Part shown: piece by piece, positions 1-4,635 of the stretch
Layout: every line of letters starts with the position of its first letter
How positions within the stretch are numbered: the first letter of the stretch is position 1
Position numbers and translations under genes: made by a program
Origin: a virus
Lineage: Duplodnaviria; Heunggongvirae; Uroviricota; Caudoviricetes
Virus record (IMG/VR): IMGVR_UViG_2675903254_000011
Reading direction: 5' to 3' (one strand)
DNA length: 4,635 nucleotides
The notes under the pieces: generated by a model
Told to the model about the DNA's origin: nothing
Databases searched by the model: none
What the model saw: the letters and a program-made list of their open reading frames with translations, nothing else

Positions 1-446
1 GTCACCCAGTTACCGTTACGCTGCAACTGAATCAGCAGGCGGACGGATGCCGGGTTACGGTCACCCTGTGAGGTGGTCTCCAACAGTGACTGCACCCCGA
101 AGGTGACCCGCAGGCGGTCAATGTTCGCGGATGTAATGGTGCGCGTTACCGGCTTTGCCTTCGTCACTTCCACGCCCAGTCCGGTTTCAGCTCCGGATGA
201 CTCAAAACCTTCCGGCGGTGTCTGCTCCTGCTCCCCGGCGCGCCAGACCGCTGTCACACCATGTATCACAGGATTACCGTCCGTGTCCGTCAGCGGGGTT
301 TTGTTCACCAGAATACTCTGCAGCCCCTTCACCGGACCTTCCACCGGTCCCTCACCGATGGCATCAATCACGCTCATCATCTGCGTGGACTTAAGATTGT
401 CCTTTGCCTCAACCGGCGTGTGCGCCTTGCCGCCACCTTTACCCAC
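1..446 (-). CDS. J: Tail tip / central tail fiber (host specificity) protein J, N-terminal part; 3' end lies beyond the left window edge
   Basis: My minus-strand translation from GTG at 446..444 reads (M)GKGGGKAHTPVEAKDNLKSTQMMSVIDAIGEGPVEGPVKGLQSILVNKTPLTDTDGNPVIHGVTAVWRAGEQEQTPPEGFESSGAETGLGVEVTKAKPVTRTITSANIDRLRVTFGVQSLLETTSQGDRNPASVRLLIQLQRNGNWVT with no stop to position 1. This closely resembles the lambda gpJ N-terminus as I recall it (MGKGSSKGHTPREAKDNLKSTQLLSVIDAISEGPIEGPV...RLRFTFGVQALVETTSKGDRNP). A Shine-Dalgarno-like AGGAGAGGGGGA lies at 451..462. It is absent from the ORF track because it has no stop inside the window. Confidence 0.85.
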   Translation of the reverse strand, partial: MGKGGGKAHTPVEAKDNLKSTQMMSVIDAIGEGPVEGPVKGLQSILVNKTPLTDTDGNPVIHGVTAVWRAGEQEQTPPEGFESSGAETGLGVEVTKAKPVTRTITSANIDRLRVTFGVQSLLETTSQGDRNPASVRLLIQLQRNGNWV

Positions 447-486
447 TCTGTCCCCCTCTCCTGTCTGATGTCTGAATCTGTTTATG

Positions 487-521
487 CCCCAAAAACGACA
501 GGCACCCCGGAGGGTGCCTGT
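487..521 (-). terminator. Intrinsic-terminator-like hairpin on the minus strand, ~40 nt upstream of the J start
   Basis: Perfect 10-bp stem (plus 498..507 acaggcaccc pairs with 512..521 gggtgcctgt) with a 4-nt loop. On the minus strand it is followed directly by CGTTTTTGGGG (plus 487..497). There is no U-tract on the plus-strand side, so it is oriented for minus-strand transcripts. Confidence 0.55.
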
Positions 522-554
522 GTCATGACGGAATAAAATTTCTGAATTTCTTCA

Positions 555-659
555 CATTTTCTGTACGCCCCCGTGGCAGATATCATTCCCGGGCGTTACA
601 GTTTTTTCGGGCCAATAAAAACAAAACCCCCTGTGGTTAATCTTCATTTTCTGTTCCCG
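555..659. repeat. Imperfect direct repeat units in the I-J spacer core
   Basis: Exact 10-mer cattttctgt at 555..564 and 646..655. CCCCC(T)GTGG at 568..576 and 627..636. TTCCCG at 586..591 and 654..659. Read directly from the sequence. Confidence 0.35.
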
Positions 660-690
660 CAGCCTTCGGTCACTGCGGGATTTTTTCGCT
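655..690 (+). terminator. Intrinsic-terminator-like hairpin on the plus strand, abutting the 3' end of gene I
   Basis: 8-bp GC-rich stem (655..662 tcccgcag pairs with 673..680 ctgcggga). The loop ccttcggtca contains a C-UUCG-G tetraloop-like motif. It is followed on the plus strand by TTTTTT (681..686) then CGCTTTT. On the minus strand the hairpin is followed by ACAGAAAATG, with no U-tract, so it is plus-oriented. Confidence 0.55.
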
Positions 691-691
691 T

Positions 692-1176
692 TTATGCCTG
701 CCGCCCGATAACCACCACCTTCCCGTCACCGCCTTCATCACGGGTACTGATGTCCTGGGAGATTCGCCGTGAGCCAACCAGCATTTCACCGTAAGGCACC
801 GGCATCGGGTTCCCCTGAGCAATCATGTTGTCCAGTGAGGAAAAATACGTGTTCTGTCTGCCGTTATCCGTTGCGCGGTAATCCGGTGTTTTTGCCTTCG
901 GGGCCAGCATCTGTGCCACACCACCCAGTATCATGCTGGCACCCAGTGAAAACAGCATCGTGGTGGCAGAAAAACCGCCGGCACTCAGCGCTGCACCCCA
1001 GGCTGCCATCGATGCTCCGGCCGTGAAGAAAGAGCCCACGATGGCTGCCGCCCCCAGCACAATCTGCAGTCCACCTTTTCCGGCCCCGGCCAGTCGCGGC
1101 AAAGTTGTAAATCCCCGTGAAGGCAGATACGTGCCAGTGGCGGTGACGCCAGGCTGAATGCGTTCGTCGTTGCCAT
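692..1176 (-). pseudogene. I: Tail assembly protein I, disrupted: N-terminal 24 codons in one frame, C-terminal domain in another, apparent internal deletion of ~187 nt
   Basis: The ATG at 1176..1174 (SD-like GGGAGAGG upstream) opens MATTNAFSLASPPLARICLHGDLQ, matching the recalled lambda gpI N-terminus (MAATHTLPLASPGMARICLYGDLQ...). After LQ the frame reads unrelated sequence to a stop at 985. A different minus frame (track ORF 692..1102, open from 1201) encodes LPRLAGAGKGGLQIVLGAAAIVGSFFTAGASMAAWGAA...NTYFSSLDNMIAQGN...GEMLVGSRRISQDISTRDEGGDGKVVVIGRQA, matching the recalled gpI C-terminal domain. ATG-to-stop is 485 nt here against 672 nt in lambda. Confidence 0.65.
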
Positions 1177-1817
1177 TTTTCGGAATACCTCTCCCGTTTA
1201 CTCAGTTGTTCAGGCAGATGGTGAAGCAGCTCACCGTTGCCGCAGTATATGGCGGCATGATTGGCCACCGATGCGCCAAAGCAGCACAGCAGGATATCGC
1301 CAGGCTGTGCGGAAGGCAGGGAAATCCTGTAAAAACCAGTCGCCTCCATATTGTCCAGGTACAGGTTCTGACCATTGCGCCACCAGTCATCCTCACGCTC
1401 AAAATCCGGCATATCAATTCCCGCCAGATGGTATGCATCCCGGAACAGCGTGTAACAGTCCGTCACCCCGTGCTCAAAGCGCCGTCCTGTCAGATGTGGC
1501 ACACAGCGGAATTTATGAATTTCCCCCCGGCAGACCAGCCACCAGGACAGTGCACTTTTTATCTGCAGCCGCCGGTCGGCCTCGCTCAGCCAGGGCAGAC
1601 CACCGGGATGACTGTGGACCAGTGCCACAATCTCCCCCTGCATCTCTGCCCGCAGCCAGTCTTCCGGTGCAATACGAAAATACGCCTCCGGCTCTGCAGA
1701 GATATTCACACAAGGGATATACCGCTCCCCCTCCGGCGTTCTCACCACGAAGCCGCACGACTCCGCAGGCGCACACCGCCGGGCATGCGCCAGAATCGCT
1801 GATTCAGTCTGTGTCAT
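864..1817 (-). CDS. K: Tail assembly protein K (MPN/JAMM plus NlpC/P60 family) with an aberrant C-terminal extension; the K-like part ends near 1104
   Basis: The ATG at 1817..1815 opens MTQTESAILAHARRCAPAESCGFVV..., the recalled start of lambda gpK, 10 nt after the L stop. A JAMM-type motif HSHPGGLPWLSEAD is at 1575..1616, and an NlpC/P60-like Cys (GVTDCYTLF) and His (NHAAIYCG) follow. Similarity to K continues to ...WRHRHWHVSAFTGIYN (~residue 238, nt ~1104); the frame then runs through out-of-frame I sequence to the first stop at 866..864. The ORF-track start at 2078 is an upstream extension inside L and is not used. Confidence 0.8.
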   Translation of the reverse strand: MTQTESAILAHARRCAPAESCGFVVRTPEGERYIPCVNISAEPEAYFRIAPEDWLRAEMQGEIVALVHSHPGGLPWLSEADRRLQIKSALSWWLVCRGEIHKFRCVPHLTGRRFEHGVTDCYTLFRDAYHLAGIDMPDFEREDDWWRNGQNLYLDNMEATGFYRISLPSAQPGDILLCCFGASVANHAAIYCGNGELLHHLPEQLSKRERYSEKWQRRTHSAWRHRHWHVSAFTGIYNFAATGRGRKRWTADCAGGGSHRGLFLHGRSIDGSLGCSAECRRFFCHHDAVFTGCQHDTGWCGTDAGPEGKNTGLPRNG

Positions 1818-1827
1818 AAAACAGGAT

Positions 1828-2526
1828 TTACTGCGAAAGTTTATTGATGGAAAGGAAACCGCCAAAATTAGCCACCATGCCGCGCATCTCACACCCGCGC
1901 ATGCACTTGCTGCATCTGTCCTTACGGATATCGGTGGTGGGTTTATCGAACTCATCCGCCACAGCAGGACCGTTATACCCGCATTCATCTCCCCGGTAAT
2001 CCCACATACAGGTGTTCGCCAGCATGATGCGACCGGGAAACAGCGCCCCGTCCGTCTCGGTCGGTGTGGCCAGCACAAACGAGGCCGTCATGGCCGTCAG
2101 CGATGACATCTGCTCCACCACCCAGCGGTCAGTCAGCTCCTGCTCCGGGTCGGCCTCCGGATTGCCTGCCACAAAGTTCACCGCATCCAGAAAACGGGCA
2201 TACACCCGGCGGCGGACCACCGTGGCACCCACCAGGCTCTGCAAATCCTCCGCCATCCCGGTGACAAGACCGAACAGATTGGACACCGTCAGCGACGGGC
2301 GGGCACTGCTGCCCTTTCCGTTCATCTCAAAGCCACTGCCCTCAATCGGGTACGCCTGATATTGCCGCCCCTGCCAGGTCACCGGCTCCCTTTTTTCATT
2401 CAGCTCATTGCAGAAAAAATACCGCTCACCGCCCTGCACCGTCAGGTCGATTTCCCAGAGCACCACCCGCGGTGACTGCTCTGACTTAACCGACTCGTTC
2501 AGGCTTTCTTCGTGAATATCCTGCAT
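1828..2526 (-). CDS. L: Minor tail protein L
   Basis: The track ORF 1828..2553 contains MQDIHEESLNESVKSEQSPRVVLWEIDLTVQGGERYFFCNE...NFGGFLSINKLSQ, resembling recalled lambda gpL (MQDIRQETLNE...GFLSINKLSQ, 232 aa). I place the start at the ATG at 2526..2524, which overlaps the M stop in a TGATG arrangement and gives 232 aa. The ATG at 2553 is an alternative 9 codons upstream. Confidence 0.88.
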   Translation of the reverse strand: MQDIHEESLNESVKSEQSPRVVLWEIDLTVQGGERYFFCNELNEKREPVTWQGRQYQAYPIEGSGFEMNGKGSSARPSLTVSNLFGLVTGMAEDLQSLVGATVVRRRVYARFLDAVNFVAGNPEADPEQELTDRWVVEQMSSLTAMTASFVLATPTETDGALFPGRIMLANTCMWDYRGDECGYNGPAVADEFDKPTTDIRKDRCSKCMRGCEMRGMVANFGGFLSINKLSQ

Positions 2527-2867
2527 CAGTTCACCACCTGCTCTATCGTGCAACTGAAATCACTGTACCGGGCATTATCCGTGACACTCCACTCACGGCA
2601 CACAACCCTCACCGTCCGGTTATGTTTCGGCGGTCGCCACAAAAAGGCACGGTAACCACCATGCCACGATAAAAACTCTTCCAGCCAGCGCCTGGTTGAC
2701 TCATCCGTCACCCGGAACACCGCCTGAAACGTCTTCAGTTGAGGATTCAGCCCTGTGGGGCGGCGCTGTTCATAACCGTCACCAAACCGCACCCTCACCA
2801 CCGACGGCTTCTCACTCACCTGCATCCCTTCACGCGGGACCAGATGCAGCGTTTTTATCTCAGCCAC
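2526..2867 (-). CDS. M: Minor tail protein M
   Basis: 113-aa ORF: MAEIKTLHLVPREGMQVSEKPSVVRVRFGDGYEQRRPTGLN...FLWRPP...IEQVVN, resembling recalled lambda gpM (MKTFRWKVKPGMDVASVPSVRKVRFGDGY...FEQVVN, 109 aa). The start is GTG at 2867..2865, preceded by GGAGGA and overlapping the last H codons. The position matching the lambda ATG is ATA here. Confidence 0.82.
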   Translation of the reverse strand: MAEIKTLHLVPREGMQVSEKPSVVRVRFGDGYEQRRPTGLNPQLKTFQAVFRVTDESTRRWLEEFLSWHGGYRAFLWRPPKHNRTVRVVCREWSVTDNARYSDFSCTIEQVVN

Positions 2868-4635
2868 TCAGCATTCCTCCGTCACGTCGCATGGACAGCA
2901 TCACCGCCTGCACCCGCTGGTCAATCAGCTGCACAAGACTGCCTGCCGCCTCCGGCCCTATCTGGCCATTAGTCCCGTCATTCTGAATGGCGATATGGTA
3001 GACCGGGGAATACACCAGACCCGCACTGCCGTTCATACTGCCCACCGCGCGCACACCCAGCGAGCCATCCGCCGCCCGCGTCAGAGGCATAATGGCTTCA
3101 GGTCCGGCCTCCCCCATCAGCCCGGCCCCTTTTGCAAAGGCAAAGTACGTGGGCGTATCCACAATACTGTTGCTGTACGCACTCAGGTTTGCCGAGGTAT
3201 ACACGCCGCCTTTTGCATTGGCCACCGCCCCGCCCAGCCAGTCACCAATGCTGCCGAGAAATCCTCCCGCACCGGACATACCGTTTGCCGCCGTCTTAAT
3301 TCCGTTGACAATCGCGGCATTCATAAGAACTTTTGATATTTCCTGCAGCACTGATGAGGCCCAGCTGCGCCATTCCACTTTATTCCCGTTCAGCATCTCC
3401 GTGATGTTATTCACCATCCCTGAGATACCCTCCGTCGCAAGCTGTGCTGCCTGTGAGGCGTAATCGGACGCATTATCCACCCAGTTACTGAACCCCTCCT
3501 GCAGCCCTTTCTGCCAGTCCGCACGCTGCACATCCGATTCGGCATAAAAGGCTTCCTGCTCTTTCAGACGTTCACTCAGATACTGTGCATTCTGCGCCAG
3601 AGCCTGTCTGTAAAAATCCTCACCGATATCCCCGGTCTGATACTGAGACTGAAGGTCCGCATCCTTCTGGCGGAAGCTGTCGCGGATCTGCTGCAACTCC
3701 CGCATGCGTTCTCTGGCTCGTTCCCCCTGCCCGTACCCCAGCAGTTCAGCATCATTCGACGCACGCGCAGCCGCATTCTCATTCTTCAGTGTCTCTTCCC
3801 GGGATCGCAACTGTTCCCGGATTTTTTGCTGGTCAATCAGGGCCGCATTACGCAGCAGCTCCTGCTTCTGCATCTCCGTCAGGGTTTTCAGTTCGCCCTG
3901 CGCAGTCTGGTATTTCAGCTTCGCCAGCTCTGTATTCTGCCCCACCAGTGCCAGTTGCTCTTTCTGCTGCTTCAGCAGCCGGGAAAAACTGTCTTCCGCT
4001 TTTTCCGTCTCTGATTTTCCACCCCGGGATTTGGGTTTATTCGCCTCGTTATTGCGCCAGGCTTCCAGGGCATTACTGATATAACGTTGTCTCGCCTCCT
4101 GATACGGATCACCCACAAAACCGAGGTCATCCGCCGCATACCCCAGCCGGACACGCTCTTTTTCTTCCCCTTTCAGTCTGGACAGGGCCAGCTCACGCTC
4201 TGTTTTTGTCAGGGCACTCTGCTGTTTATCATCCAGAGTGGCCTGTGGCAGCCGTAACGGCACATTCACCAGTCCCTGCCGCTGCTGAAGCAGTTCATTA
4301 CCCAGCCCCAGCAGACGGTTGAATTCCGTATGCTGACCATTCATAACCAGCATGGACTGGTACACCTTATTCTGCTCTGCCGCCTGCTGACGAATTAACG
4401 CCACACGACGGTCTTCCAGCCCGGCAAGCACATCCTGAATGGACTGCGCTTTTTCCTGCATCTGTGCCAGACGGGACTGCTCAACGGCAAGCTGCTCTGT
4501 TGCCTGAGCAAGCCCTTCCGTTACGGTCTTCACCGAGGTCAGATGGTTTATCATGAATCCGTCACCGGTCGTCCAGCCCGGGTTCGCCAGAACATACTGA
4601 TATCCTGCGATTTTTTCCTGCAGGGATTTCACCCG
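2860..4635 (-). CDS. H: Tail tape measure protein H, C-terminal ~590 aa; 5' end lies beyond the right window edge
   Basis: A continuous minus-strand frame runs from the window edge to TGA at 2862..2860. It encodes a long Q/E/R/K/L-rich predicted helical region followed by a Gly/Ala-rich hydrophobic segment (GMSGAGGFLGSIGDWLGGAVANAKGG) and a C-terminal tail, as is typical of tape measure proteins. It sits immediately upstream of M-L-K-I-J as in lambda. The track ORF starts at an internal GTG (4632); the frame stays open to 4635. Confidence 0.88.
   Translation of the reverse strand, partial: RVKSLQEKIAGYQYVLANPGWTTGDGFMINHLTSVKTVTEGLAQATEQLAVEQSRLAQMQEKAQSIQDVLAGLEDRRVALIRQQAAEQNKVYQSMLVMNGQHTEFNRLLGLGNELLQQRQGLVNVPLRLPQATLDDKQQSALTKTERELALSRLKGEEKERVRLGYAADDLGFVGDPYQEARQRYISNALEAWRNNEANKPKSRGGKSETEKAEDSFSRLLKQQKEQLALVGQNTELAKLKYQTAQGELKTLTEMQKQELLRNAALIDQQKIREQLRSREETLKNENAAARASNDAELLGYGQGERARERMRELQQIRDSFRQKDADLQSQYQTGDIGEDFYRQALAQNAQYLSERLKEQEAFYAESDVQRADWQKGLQEGFSNWVDNASDYASQAAQLATEGISGMVNNITEMLNGNKVEWRSWASSVLQEISKVLMNAAIVNGIKTAANGMSGAGGFLGSIGDWLGGAVANAKGGVYTSANLSAYSNSIVDTPTYFAFAKGAGLMGEAGPEAIMPLTRAADGSLGVRAVGSMNGSAGLVYSPVYHIAIQNDGTNGQIGPEAAGSLVQLIDQRVQAVMLSMRRDGGMLSG

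Noticed and set aside
73-536. Plus-strand ORFs 73..468, 155..394 and 261..536
   Set aside because: They lie antisense to the J N-terminal coding region, which has strong minus-strand protein similarity. They are proline/serine-rich shadow ORFs with no ribosome-binding site.
552-647. 31-codon minus-strand ORF in the I-J spacer (MKINHRGFCFYWPEKTVTPGNDICHGGVQKM)
   Set aside because: No convincing Shine-Dalgarno sequence, very short, and composition is unremarkable. It cannot be told apart from a chance ORF without expression data.
487-690. REP/BIME-type host repeat, or a CRISPR or tRNA-like element, in the spacer
   Set aside because: The hairpins do not match the REP consensus as I recall it. 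There is no repeat-spacer periodicity and no cloverleaf-compatible structure.
573-794. Plus-strand ORF 573..794 (73 aa, GTG start)
   Set aside because: It reads straight through the plus-strand terminator hairpin and into antisense I sequence. It has low complexity and no RBS.
769-1157. Plus-strand ORFs 769..1026 and 933..1157
   Set aside because: They are antisense to the I C-terminal domain and the K/I junction, and are shadow ORFs.
985-1176. Programmed ribosomal frameshift joining the two I frames
   Set aside because: No slippery heptamer at the junction, and about 62 codons of I are missing relative to lambda. A frameshift alone would not restore a full I protein.
1158-1819. Plus-strand ORFs 1158..1802 and 1271..1819, and minus-strand ORFs 1202..1438 and 1513..1776
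   Set aside because: They are alternative-frame or antisense ORFs fully inside the K coding region, which has a clear protein match in its own frame.
1818-2078. 5' extension of the K ORF to 2078 and of the L ORF to 2553
   Set aside because: The extensions overlap the upstream gene in another frame and lack similarity to K or L. The lambda-like starts are ATG 1817 for K and ATG 2526 for L.
2012-2359. Plus-strand ORFs 2012..2359 and 2064..2264
   Set aside because: They are antisense to L and are shadow ORFs.
2696-4154. Plus-strand ORFs 2696..2986, 2739..2972, 2995..3336, 3092..3463, 3585..4079, 3704..4084 and 3826..4014, and minus-strand ORFs 3576..3782 and 3972..4154
   Set aside because: They are antisense or out-of-frame within M and the tape measure gene H. 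The low-complexity translations reflect the H codon composition.

Overview
This window is the tail-tip assembly block of a lambda-like (lambdoid) siphovirus or prophage, with every gene on the minus strand in the lambda order H, M, L, K, I, J. It holds the C-terminal ~590 codons of the tape measure gene H (running off the right edge), minor tail genes M and L, tail assembly gene K, a disrupted gene I, and the first ~148 codons of tail fiber gene J (running off the left edge). Assignments rest on my own translation compared with lambda gp sequences recalled from memory; no database search was possible. Two things stand out. First, about 185 nt appear to be missing at the K/I junction relative to lambda, which removes the K stop codon and the N-terminal core of I and leaves I in two frames. 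Second, the I-J spacer is 245 bp (about 60 bp in lambda as I recall it) and carries two oppositely oriented terminator-like hairpins around a core with direct repeats. No tRNA, rRNA, CRISPR array or transposase was seen. Plus-strand ORFs in the track are antisense shadows of the tail genes.
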